This document shows positions 36,555-46,756 of a DNA stretch of 64,000 nt, piece by piece. Made by a program: the position numbers and the translations under genes. The stretch comes from Planctomycetota bacterium (lineage in GTDB: Bacteria > Planctomycetota > B15-G4 > SIAN01). Numbering within the stretch: the stretch's first letter is position 1; every line of letters starts with the position of its first letter. The notes below the pieces were generated by a model. The model was given only the letters and a program-made list of their open reading frames with translations, was not told the origin of the DNA and made no database searches. The DNA is taken from assembly GCA_031409275.1 (NCBI GenBank), contig JANNXA010000051.1:320001-384000 (forward strand). Direction: 5' to 3'.

Positions 36555-39256
36555 CGGAGAGCGGCGACCACCACTCGCCGATGCTCCAGCAGTACTTCGG
36601 TGTCAAGCGGCAGTACCCCGACGCGCTGCTCTTCTTCCGGATGGGCGACTTCTTCGAGCTCTTCTTCGAAGACGCCAAGGTGGCCGCGCGCGTGCTGGGA
36701 ATCACGCTCACCTCGCGCAGCAAGGAGCAGGACCTGCCGATGGCCGGGGTGCCGGTGCGCACCGTCGACACCCACCTGCGCCGGTTGATCCAGGCGGGCC
36801 ATACCGTCGTGGTGTGCGACCAGGTCGAGGACCCCAAGCAGGCGAAGGGGCTGGTCGAGCGCGCCGTCACCCGCGTCGTCACCGCCGGCACCCTCCTCGA
36901 GGAGGCGTTGCTCGACAGCGGTCGGCACAACTTCCTGGCGGCGCTCGCGCTCGACCGGCGCGGCGCCGAGCCCGCCTTCGCGCTCGCCTGGCTCGACCTT
37001 TCGACTGGCCACTTCGAGGCCGCGAGCTTCGTTGCCGAGCGGCTGCGCGACGAGCTGCATCGCCTCGCGCCGGCCGAACTCCTGCTGCCGCTCGCCTGGA
37101 AGGAGAAGGCGCCGCCGGCCGCCGCCTACCTGCTTGCCGCTGGCGTTGAGGGCCCTGCGCTCGCGTGGCGCCCCGATCACGACTTCGCCGCCGACCTCGG
37201 CCGCAAGCTGCTGTGCGAGCAGTTCGCCGTCGGCGACCTCGCCGGCTTCGGCCTCGAGCAGGACGATCCGGTCATCGGACCGGCGGCGGCGCTGGTCGCC
37301 TACGCGCGCGACACGCAGCGCGGCGCCATCGACCACCTGCTGCCGCCACGGCGACGCGCCGACGACGGCACCATGCGTCTCGACCGCGCCGCGATCCAGG
37401 CGCTCGAGCTGTTCGAGACGACGCGCGAGCGGCGACGCGAAGGCTCGCTGCTGGCCGTGGTCGACCGCACGCGAACCGCGGCGGGCGCGCGGCTCCTGCG
37501 CGACTGGCTCGCCGCGCCGCTGTGCGACCCGGCGGCGATCGACGCGCGCCTCGCCGCCGTCGATGAGCTCGCCACGGCCGATGGCCGCCGCGGCGCGCTG
37601 CGCGATCAGCTCGAAGGCATCTTCGACCTCGAGCGCATCGTGGCACGCCTCGCCGCGCGACGCGGCAGCCCGCGCGACCTCGCGCAGTTGCGCGACACAT
37701 TGCGCCGGTTGCCGGCGCTGCGCACTGCGCTCGCGGACGTTCGCTCGGCGAAGCTGAACGCGCTGCAGTTCCGGCTGGTGGCGCCGCCCGCGCTGCAGGA
37801 ACTGCTGGAACGGGCGATCGACGATGCCCCGCCGCTTTCCACCAAGGAAGGCGGCTTCATCCGCGCCGGTTTCCACGCCGAACTCGACGAGCTGCGTCGA
37901 TTGCGCTTCGACGTGCAGGCGATCCTCGCCGATCTGCAGCGCCGCGAAGTCGAGCGCACGCAGATCCCGACGCTGAAGGTCGGCTTCAACAGCGTCTTCG
38001 GCTACTACCTCGAGATCACCCACGCCCAGCGCGATCGGGTGCCCGCCGACTACATCCGCAAGCAGACGCTGAAGAACGCCGAGCGCTACATCACGCCGGA
38101 ACTGAAGGAGCTCGAAGGGCGCGTGCTCTCCGCCGAGGAGCGCTCGGTGCGCCTCGAACTCGAACTCTTCGAGCAGGTGCGCGCCGATGCGTCGACCTCG
38201 ACGCGCGCGCTGCAGGAGCTCGCCGCCGCGCTCGCCGAGCTCGACGCGCTGCAGGGCTTCGCGGCGGCCGCGCGCGAGCACGCCTTCGTCCGCCCGCAAG
38301 TCGACGCCTCACGTCGTCTGGAGATCGACGAGGGGCGCCACCCGGTGCTCGCCGCGGCGCTCCCACCCGGCGCCTTCGTCGCGAACGACACGCGGCTGGG
38401 CGGCGACGGGGCGTGCTTCGCCCTGATCACCGGTCCGAACATGGCCGGCAAGTCGACCTACCTGCGACAGAACGCGCTGATCGTGCTGCTGGCGCAGGCA
38501 GGCAGCTTCGTCCCGGCGAAGCGCGCCTCGATCGGCGTGGTCGACCGCATCTTCACGCGCGTCGGCGCCAGCGACGATCTGGCTCGCGGCGCCTCGACCT
38601 TCATGGTCGAAATGGCGGAAACGGCCAACGTCCTCCACCACGCCACCGATCAGAGCCTCGTGATCCTCGACGAAGTCGGCCGCGGCACGGGCACCTTCGA
38701 CGGCATGTCGCTCGCGCGCGCCCTCGCCGAGCACCTCGCCGGCACCATCCGTTGCCGAACGTTCTTCGCGACCCACTACCACCAGCTCACTCAGCTCGCC
38801 GAGGAGCTGCCAGCGGTGGTGAACCTCTCCGTCGCGGTGCGCGAATGGGGCGACGAGATCCTCTTCCTGCATCGAATCGTCGCGGGCGGTACGGACCGCA
38901 GCTACGGACTCCATGTCGCTCGCCTCGCCGGAATCCCGCCGACGGTGATCGAGCGCGCCAAGGTGCTGCTTGCCGATCTCGAGCGACTGACGCCCGAGGT
39001 GGAGCGCCGCACGAAGATGGCGGCGCCGGCGGGCACCACGCTGCCCGAGCCGGCCGCGGGTGCGGTCGGGATCGCCGATCGAATCGCGCGCGAGCTGCGC
39101 CGGCTCGACGTCGATCGGCTGACGCCGCTGCAGGCGCTCGCGCGGCTCGCCGAGTTGAAGCAGCTGGCGCAAGGCGAGATCGTGAATGTGAAGCGACGCG
39201 CCGAGAAGAGCGGTGACGCCTCCCCCACGCTCTTCGGTCACGGCACCGGCGCCTGA
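36551..39256 (+). CDS. mutS: DNA mismatch repair protein MutS
   Basis: SPMLQQY, FRMGDFFELF, TGPNMAGKSTYLRQ, STFMVEM, LDEVGRGT; GTG start overlapping the upstream stop (GTGA). Confidence 0.97.
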   Translation: MTESGDHHSPMLQQYFGVKRQYPDALLFFRMGDFFELFFEDAKVAARVLGITLTSRSKEQDLPMAGVPVRTVDTHLRRLIQAGHTVVVCDQVEDPKQAKGLVERAVTRVVTAGTLLEEALLDSGRHNFLAALALDRRGAEPAFALAWLDLSTGHFEAASFVAERLRDELHRLAPAELLLPLAWKEKAPPAAAYLLAAGVEGPALAWRPDHDFAADLGRKLLCEQFAVGDLAGFGLEQDDPVIGPAAALVAYARDTQRGAIDHLLPPRRRADDGTMRLDRAAIQALELFETTRERRREGSLLAVVDRTRTAAGARLLRDWLAAPLCDPAAIDARLAAVDELATADGRRGALRDQLEGIFDLERIVARLAARRGSPRDLAQLRDTLRRLPALRTALADVRSAKLNALQFRLVAPPALQELLERAIDDAPPLSTKEGGFIRAGFHAELDELRRLRFDVQAILADLQRREVERTQIPTLKVGFNSVFGYYLEITHAQRDRVPADYIRKQTLKNAERYITPELKELEGRVLSAEERSVRLELELFEQVRADASTSTRALQELAAALAELDALQGFAAAAREHAFVRPQVDASRRLEIDEGRHPVLAAALPPGAFVANDTRLGGDGACFALITGPNMAGKSTYLRQNALIVLLAQAGSFVPAKRASIGVVDRIFTRVGASDDLARGASTFMVEMAETANVLHHATDQSLVILDEVGRGTGTFDGMSLARALAEHLAGTIRCRTFFATHYHQLTQLAEELPAVVNLSVAVREWGDEILFLHRIVAGGTDRSYGLHVARLAGIPPTVIERAKVLLADLERLTPEVERRTKMAAPAGTTLPEPAAGAVGIADRIARELRRLDVDRLTPLQALARLAELKQLAQGEIVNVKRRAEKSGDASPTLFGHGTGA

Positions 39257-39338
39257 AGTTCGCGGCGCCGGCAGGCCGCTGCTCAGCGCACTCTTACAGC
39301 GCACTTTTTCAGCGGACTCGCTCAGCGCACGGCGTCGA

Positions 39339-40238
39339 TCAGCGCGAGCCGCTGCGCGCCCGCTGGACGCCCGACGCGAGGCCGAGCGCACGGAAGGCGA
39401 CGATCGTCCACCAACCGACGTCGATCTCGGCAGGCTTGCGGCCGATGCGAGCATCCGACGGGTCGTCGTGGTGGTTGCGATGCCAGTTCTCGCCCTGCAT
39501 GAAGTGGAACGGCGCGAGCCACCAGACGTTCTTGCTGCTGCCGCCGACCGAATCGGCGTCGCCGAGGTGGCAGATGCTGTTGATGGTGCACTGCAGATGG
39601 AGCGCCACCAGCAGGCGCGCCGGACCGAGCCAGAACCAGGCCGTCGGCGAAATCAGCATCGGGCCGAAGAAGGACAACGCGAGCAGCGGAATCTGCAGGT
39701 GCGTCCAGACGCTGTAGCGCGATTTCGACATCAGAGGGCCGCAATAGCGCGCGACCGGAGCCTGTCCGGCCTGCCAGAGCCACCGCAGATGCGCCCACCA
39801 GAATCCGCCCTGCGACGGCGAGGAGATGTCCTCGATCGAATCGCTGGTGGCGTGGTGGAGTCGATGATTCGCGGCCCAGGTCAGCGGCGTGCCCGATCCG
39901 TTCAGGGCGGCGAAGAAGATCAGCGGCTGTTCGACGAGCCAATGGAGCTTGACGGCGCCGTGGGCAAGCCCGCGATGGTAGGCCACCGTCGTTCCGAGGC
40001 CACCGAGCATGGTGAGGACGTAGGTCGTGACCAGCAGCCCCAGCGAGGGCCGCTCCGTGATGAAGGGCGCCACCAACAGCGAGCCGTGCAGGAGGACAAT
40101 CCACCCGAGCGTGGGGATGTCACCCCTCGAGCACCACCACCACGGGCGGCGCCAAGGCTCGGCGACTTCACAGTGGCGCGGACGCGCGACCGGCTTCGAC
40201 TCGACGACAGGAGCTGCAGCGGGAGGGCTCGCGAGCAC
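39339..40238 (-). CDS. Membrane fatty-acid (delta-9-type) desaturase
   Basis: His boxes YHRGLAH, NHRLHH and NWHRNHH; GFWWAH; INSICH. Confidence 0.9.
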   Translation of the reverse strand: MLASPPAAAPVVESKPVARPRHCEVAEPWRRPWWWCSRGDIPTLGWIVLLHGSLLVAPFITERPSLGLLVTTYVLTMLGGLGTTVAYHRGLAHGAVKLHWLVEQPLIFFAALNGSGTPLTWAANHRLHHATSDSIEDISSPSQGGFWWAHLRWLWQAGQAPVARYCGPLMSKSRYSVWTHLQIPLLALSFFGPMLISPTAWFWLGPARLLVALHLQCTINSICHLGDADSVGGSSKNVWWLAPFHFMQGENWHRNHHDDPSDARIGRKPAEIDVGWWTIVAFRALGLASGVQRARSGSR

Positions 40239-40322
40239 GAAAGCTCCAGGTTCCTAGAGGGTCGCCAGGTCCGAGTGAGGGCGGCAACTTTAGCGGCCGT
40301 CCCGCCGTCGGCACTCCCGAAA

Positions 40323-40517
40323 TCAGGGGTCGGAGCAGTCGCGAATGAAGCCACAACGGGGGCAGACCACCTTGCAGTGACGGTCGAGCTGCGGTTCACC
40401 GCAAAGTTCGCAACGCGCGTCGTCGGGGGCGAAACGACGGCCAAGCGACCCTTCCGGCAACCCCTCATCGGCGATTCGCCGCACCGGCTGCTTCTCTTCT
40501 TCCGCCCCCGTGGTCAC
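40323..40517 (-). CDS. 64-aa zinc-ribbon microprotein
   Basis: CELCG...RHCKVVCPRCGFIRDCSDP*; GTG start overlaps the ubiD-family stop (GTGA). Confidence 0.7.
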   Translation of the reverse strand: MTTGAEEEKQPVRRIADEGLPEGSLGRRFAPDDARCELCGEPQLDRHCKVVCPRCGFIRDCSDP

Positions 40518-42361
40518 CGGCCGCCCGCCCCCTGCGGGGCATCGAGGTGGCCTCGATCGGAGTCGCCGGCCGCCATCCCGCGGGGAAAGTACTCCGCCCA
40601 GCGGCGATCGACGGTGGCACGGGTCACCGGGTCGCAGAAGAGCTCGTCGGGAAGATGTCCCTTCATTCGGGCATCGATCACCAGCGGCGGCCGCCGGACG
40701 AGTTGCCGCTCCACCAGGGTCTCCTCCGCCGCGAAGAGGTCGCGCGCGGGATCGAATCGAGTGAACGTGGTCCACAGGAAGTTGACGCTGCTGGCCGTCG
40801 CGCGAGCCACGTCATCCGTCAGCACCACGAGCGGCCAGGAGCCAAGCGACCGGTCGGCGGCAAGTCGCTCCGCGAAGCCGGGATCCGCCGTGTGGAGCGG
40901 CCCCTCGACCACGAGGCATCCCGCGCAGAACGGCGCGAGCGCACGGACCCCCGCCGGCGCCGCTCCCGAGAACTCCGTGGGCAGCGTTCGGACCGGCTCC
41001 CCGAGCCCGAGCAGGACCCCCTTGCTGCCTTGGTTCAGCTTGGCTCCTGCGTAGTCGAGCGTGTCCATCGAGAGGTTCGGGAAGACGAACAGGTCGGTTT
41101 CGATCCGGGTGCGCGCCAGCACGTGGACCAGCAGCTTCTTGAAGTCGTGCAGGTCGATTTGCTGATCGGTCAGCAGCAGGAACTTGGTGAGCGACAGCTG
41201 CCCTTCGCCAAGGATCCGGAACGCGCTGACCATTGCCTCGCGCTTGTAGCGGTCGCGAACGACCGCCGCGGCGAGCGCGTGGTAACCCGTCTCGCCGTAG
41301 GACCAGAGGTCGACGACGCTCGGCATCGCCAACGGGAACAGCGGTGCCAGCAGCCCCTGCAGGAAGTCGCCGAGGAAGAAGTCCTCCTGGCGCGGCTTGC
41401 CGACGACGGTCGCTGGCAGGATCGCATCGCGTCGGCGGAAGCGCTGCTCGACCTCGAAGACTGGGAAGTCGTGCGTCAGCGAGTAGTAGCCGTAGTGGTC
41501 GCCAAATGGCCCTTCGGGTCGCCGCACCCCGGCGCGCACCTTTCCGACCAGCGCGAACTCCGCATCGGCAAGCAGCGCATGCGGCGCGCGCGCGTCATGC
41601 ACCAGCGGCAGCCGACGACCGAGCAGCAACGACGCGAGGAGCAGCTCGGGGACGTTCTCCGGCAGCGGCGCCAGCGCGGCGGCCAGCGCGGCCGGAGGGC
41701 CGCCGAAGAAGACGGTCGTCGGCAGGTCGAGGCCACGAGCTTCCGCCGCGTGATGGTGGAAGCCGCCGCCCTTGGCGATCTGCCAATGCATGCCGGTGGC
41801 GCGATCGCCGTGGCGCTGCATGCGATAGATGCCGAGGTTCCCCGGCCCGCCCGGTCGCCCGTCGGCGTCGAGCGCCTCGGTGTACACCAGCGGAAGCGTC
41901 GCGAAGCAGCCGCCATCTTGCGACCACGACTGCGTGAGCGGCAGTTCGTCGAGGCGCGGGGCCTCGACCACTTCGGTGATCGGCGCACGCGACGAACGAC
42001 GCATGCCGACGCGGGCCAGGCGAGCCAGCAGCCCGCGCGCGCGCCAGAACTTCCCAAGCGACGGCGGCGGCAGCTCCTGCGCGAATCGAACCAGATCGGC
42101 GACGAACTCGTGCGGTCGGCCAAACGCGATCTCGACCCTCCGCGCGTTGCCGAACAGGTTGGTCACCAGACGGAACGGGCTGCTTTTCACCCGCCGGAAC
42201 AGGAGCGCTGGTCCGCCGGCCGCGATGACGCGACGATGGATCTCGGCCACTTCGAGACGCGAGTCGACCTCGACATCGACTTCGACGAGCTCGCCGTTCG
42301 CCGCGAGGCGGGCGAGGAGTTCACGCAGATCGGCGGGAGGCAGAGGCGCGGGGCGAGCCAT
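40514..42361 (-). CDS. UbiD-family (prFMN-dependent) decarboxylase, possibly menaquinone biosynthesis
   Basis: GPALLF, NLFG, NLGIYRMQ, EGPFGDHYGYY and GKPRQED. Confidence 0.92.
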   Translation of the reverse strand: MARPAPLPPADLRELLARLAANGELVEVDVEVDSRLEVAEIHRRVIAAGGPALLFRRVKSSPFRLVTNLFGNARRVEIAFGRPHEFVADLVRFAQELPPPSLGKFWRARGLLARLARVGMRRSSRAPITEVVEAPRLDELPLTQSWSQDGGCFATLPLVYTEALDADGRPGGPGNLGIYRMQRHGDRATGMHWQIAKGGGFHHHAAEARGLDLPTTVFFGGPPAALAAALAPLPENVPELLLASLLLGRRLPLVHDARAPHALLADAEFALVGKVRAGVRRPEGPFGDHYGYYSLTHDFPVFEVEQRFRRRDAILPATVVGKPRQEDFFLGDFLQGLLAPLFPLAMPSVVDLWSYGETGYHALAAAVVRDRYKREAMVSAFRILGEGQLSLTKFLLLTDQQIDLHDFKKLLVHVLARTRIETDLFVFPNLSMDTLDYAGAKLNQGSKGVLLGLGEPVRTLPTEFSGAAPAGVRALAPFCAGCLVVEGPLHTADPGFAERLAADRSLGSWPLVVLTDDVARATASSVNFLWTTFTRFDPARDLFAAEETLVERQLVRRPPLVIDARMKGHLPDELFCDPVTRATVDRRWAEYFPRGMAAGDSDRGHLDAPQGAGGR

Positions 42362-42368
42362 CGTCACC

Positions 42369-43721
42369 TCAATCGTGGCGCAGCGTCTCGACCGGATCGA
42401 GGCGCGCGACACGCAGGGAGGCGAGGAAGGCGAAGAGCAGCGTCACCGCGAAGGTGGCCGCCACCGCCAGGCCGATCAGCTCCGGCTGGAAGGCGACCGG
42501 AATGCGCTCGAAGAAATAGACGCCGGCGTCCCACAGCCGTTTGCCGGTCCAGCGCGAGATCCCGTCGTGGAGCGCATTGATGTTCTGCGCGATCAGCGCG
42601 CCCGAGACCAGCCCGAGCAGGGCGCCGATCACCGTGACCAGGGTCCCCAGCGCGGTGAAGATCGACGCGATCCCCAGGGCCGAGCCGCCGAGCGCCGCCA
42701 GCGTGCCGACGTCGCGGAGCTTCTCGCTCACCAGCAGATGGATCGAGACCAGCAGATTGAAGCCGGCGACGATGACGATGAAGAACAGGCAGAGGTCGAG
42801 CACCTGCCGCTGATTGTCGATCGCGTGGAGGATCTCGGCCGCCTTCATCTCCCAGGTCAGGATCGGCGTCTCGAAGTCGTCACGGAGACGGTAGGGAGCC
42901 AGGCGCGCTTCGAGCCGCGCGCACATCTCGACGAGGTCGACGCCTGCCGCGGCCTTCACGGCAATCTCGGTCGAGGCCGCCAGCGTGCCGGCGAAACGCT
43001 GCAACTGCGCCCGCGGCGCGTAGGCCCGCGTCAGGTCCTCGATGAAGGACTCGGTCTGGAAGGTGCCCACGACCTCGAACAGGGCCGCTTGCGCCTCGAC
43101 CCCGTGCTCGCGCGTCGTCGCGTCGTCCATGTCGGGAATCGTCATCAGCTCGATCAGCGCGCCGCGCTCGAGTCGCAGCGCCTGCGCGCAGCGCTCGCCG
43201 ATCAGCAGCGGGATCGCGGGCGAACTCGACGGCGGCAGATCGCCTCGATCGAACGGACGGGCGAGATCGGGCACCCGATTCGGCGCCGGAGCGCGCGCGA
43301 GGAAGCTCATGAAATCGCCGACCGAGGCCTCCGCCGCGGGATCGACTCCGATCACGTCGAGCACCGAGCGTCGCGAGATCGAGCCGATCGCGATCACCTC
43401 CGGGAGCTTCATCCCGGGCGGCAGGATGCACGGCCGGCGCAAGCGCGGCGCCGCGCCCACCACGTGATCCGTCGCGAGGATCGTGCGGACCATCGCATCG
43501 GTCGGCAGCGTCGCGCCCGACTCGCCGCGCTGGATCACCGTCGTCTGCACGGTGATGTCGGAAGCGCTGCCGCGCCAGATGCGCGACAGCTCCTGCGTGA
43601 CGCCATTGAAGATCGAATCGACCACCAGGATCGAGGCGACGCCCAGAAGGACGCCAACCACCGAAACCCAGAGGATCGGCAGGCTCTTCAGCCAGCGCCA
43701 GGCGATCACCCAGCGGTACAT
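42369..43721 (-). CDS. LolC/E-like (MacB/FtsX family) ABC transporter permease
   Basis: TM1 VSVVGVLLGVASILVVDSIFNG, periplasmic domain, IVIVAGFN...VSEKLRDVGTLAALG and C-terminal LDPVETLR. Confidence 0.85.
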   Translation of the reverse strand: MYRWVIAWRWLKSLPILWVSVVGVLLGVASILVVDSIFNGVTQELSRIWRGSASDITVQTTVIQRGESGATLPTDAMVRTILATDHVVGAAPRLRRPCILPPGMKLPEVIAIGSISRRSVLDVIGVDPAAEASVGDFMSFLARAPAPNRVPDLARPFDRGDLPPSSSPAIPLLIGERCAQALRLERGALIELMTIPDMDDATTREHGVEAQAALFEVVGTFQTESFIEDLTRAYAPRAQLQRFAGTLAASTEIAVKAAAGVDLVEMCARLEARLAPYRLRDDFETPILTWEMKAAEILHAIDNQRQVLDLCLFFIVIVAGFNLLVSIHLLVSEKLRDVGTLAALGGSALGIASIFTALGTLVTVIGALLGLVSGALIAQNINALHDGISRWTGKRLWDAGVYFFERIPVAFQPELIGLAVAATFAVTLLFAFLASLRVARLDPVETLRHD

Positions 43722-43762
43722 GATTCAGGCTCGAGCAGGGCCGCGCCGCCGCGGCGGCTGCT

Positions 43763-45064
<1,302 letters not shown>

Positions 45065-45208
45065 GGTCGCGAGCGGCCTTCCTCGAGTTCCCACCGATCT
45101 CGACGCGCTTTCCGCGATCGCCCGTCGCGTCCGTCATCGAGACTCGGAGAGGGGTCGCGAGGATAGCGCGCGCGCGCGCGTTCGCCGCGGCTGCGTATCC
45201 TGCGCGCC

Positions 45209-45712
45209 ATGACGCGCCAGGACGCCGCCACCCGTACTTGGACCGAGCTCACCCGCGGCTGCCGGGTCTTCGCGCTGGCCACCGCTTCGGCGAGCGGCAG
45301 TTGGAGCACGCCGCTCTTCTTCGCGGCCGCCCCCTCGGGCTTCACCCTCTACTTCATCACCTCGCCCGCCAGCCGCCACTCCCGCGAGGCGCGGCGTGAC
45401 CCGCGCGGCGCCGGCTCGGTCTGGAGGGTGCCTCGCGAGCTGAACGCCCTGCACGGCGCGCAGTTTCAGGGGCGGATCGTGGCGCTGCGCGGCATCTCCG
45501 CGACCGCCGCGCGCGACTGCTACTTGCGCCGCCATCCCGCCGCGGCCCGCCACCTCGCCGCCGCGACCCGCGAACGCTTCTTCGCGTTCGAGATCGACTG
45601 GGTGAAGGTCACCGACAACCGCCTCGGCTTTGGCTGGAAGGAGGTGCTGCGCCGGCCGATCGACACCCCGCCGGCCCCTCCCGCTCAGCCCGCGAAGAAA
45701 CGGAAGACGTGA
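45209..45712 (+). CDS. Pyridoxamine-5'-phosphate-oxidase-like (YhbP-type split-barrel) protein
   Basis: FALATA...WSTPLFF...SRHS...GAQFQG...KVTDNRLGFGWK. Confidence 0.75.
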   Translation: MTRQDAATRTWTELTRGCRVFALATASASGSWSTPLFFAAAPSGFTLYFITSPASRHSREARRDPRGAGSVWRVPRELNALHGAQFQGRIVALRGISATAARDCYLRRHPAAARHLAAATRERFFAFEIDWVKVTDNRLGFGWKEVLRRPIDTPPAPPAQPAKKRKT

Positions 45713-46191
45713 GGCACGTAGGTGCCGCCGAACCACCAGCCGATGACGACTCCCCCGGCACCGGCAGCCCCCCAGAGGAGCATCTCCCCCGCGGCCGGAG
45801 CGAGCGGCGCGTCGGCCGGCTGATGCGGCAGCGAGAAGCCGTCGTAGACCGCTGCCGGCCCGTTGCCCGCCACGAAGTGGAGCGGGGTCGCCGCAACATC
45901 GATCAGGTGGAACGCCGCGAGTCCCGTCTGCAGCACGCAGTCGCCGACGAACAGCAGCGGCACCCAGCCGCGGGAGTGGTCCGGCCCATCGGTGAAGTTC
46001 CACGCGTCGCGCGCGGCAACCCAGGGCACCTGCAGCGGCGCGGTCACCACCACGAACAGGTCCTGCCCGAGACGGCGCGCGGATTCGGCGGGTGCCGGAA
46101 ACGCGGCGCAGCCCTGAAACGCCAGCGCGGCCAGCAGGCCGACCACGCAGTCGCGCACCGGGAGAGTCACAGCGAGGCGGGCTCGCGCCAC
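45685..46191 (-). CDS. Hypothetical membrane lipoprotein
   Basis: Lipobox-like AFQGC and hydrophobic segments; starts 8 nt downstream of the PilO/GspM-like gene. Confidence 0.55.
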   Translation of the reverse strand: MARARLAVTLPVRDCVVGLLAALAFQGCAAFPAPAESARRLGQDLFVVVTAPLQVPWVAARDAWNFTDGPDHSRGWVPLLFVGDCVLQTGLAAFHLIDVAATPLHFVAGNGPAAVYDGFSLPHQPADAPLAPAAGEMLLWGAAGAGGVVIGWWFGGTYVPHVFRFFAG

Positions 46192-46198
46192 GCTTCGC

Positions 46199-46756
46199 TC
46201 AGTTGCCGGCGGCCGTCGACTTGGCCGGATCGCGTCGCACGAAGGTGAGCGAGTCAGCGTTCCAGAAGTCGGTCACGGCGTTCTCGTCGGCCAGCGTCAA
46301 GCGCGCCTTCTGCAGCTTGATGCGACGCGACTGCGACTCGCAGTTGTAGAGGAACTTCATCAACTGATCGCGGTGCTTGGGCTTGTCCTTCTTGAAGTCG
46401 ACCACGAAGCTCTGGTCGACGAAGCCGCCCTTGCTGTTCTTCTCCGGATCACGCGGCTTGAACAGGTAGTCGGACGAGGGGTTGAACTGGCTGCGCTGCG
46501 CCTGCGCGCTGAAGTAGCTCAGGATCCCCGCCTTGTCGGCGGAGTCGAGCGGCGCCTTGTCGTTCTTCTTCTCGTCCTCGAGCAGCTTGATGTCCTTCGC
46601 GACCTCGCCGACTTCGCGGCAGATCGTGCTGGTGGAGACGATGTCGCGCTCGAGCGCGGTGATCTTGCGCCCGAACCAGAGCCAGCCGCCAAAGAACGCC
46701 ACGATCAGCAGACCCGCCAACCAGAGCGTCAACTTGACGAAATCGACTTCCTTCAC
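46199..46756 (-). CDS. PilO/GspM-like bitopic protein
   Basis: GTG start overlapping the upstream stop; single N-terminal TM, coiled coil, then QLMKFLYNCESQSRRIKLQKARL (ferredoxin-like pattern). Confidence 0.65.
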   Translation of the reverse strand: MKEVDFVKLTLWLAGLLIVAFFGGWLWFGRKITALERDIVSTSTICREVGEVAKDIKLLEDEKKNDKAPLDSADKAGILSYFSAQAQRSQFNPSSDYLFKPRDPEKNSKGGFVDQSFVVDFKKDKPKHRDQLMKFLYNCESQSRRIKLQKARLTLADENAVTDFWNADSLTFVRRDPAKSTAAGN

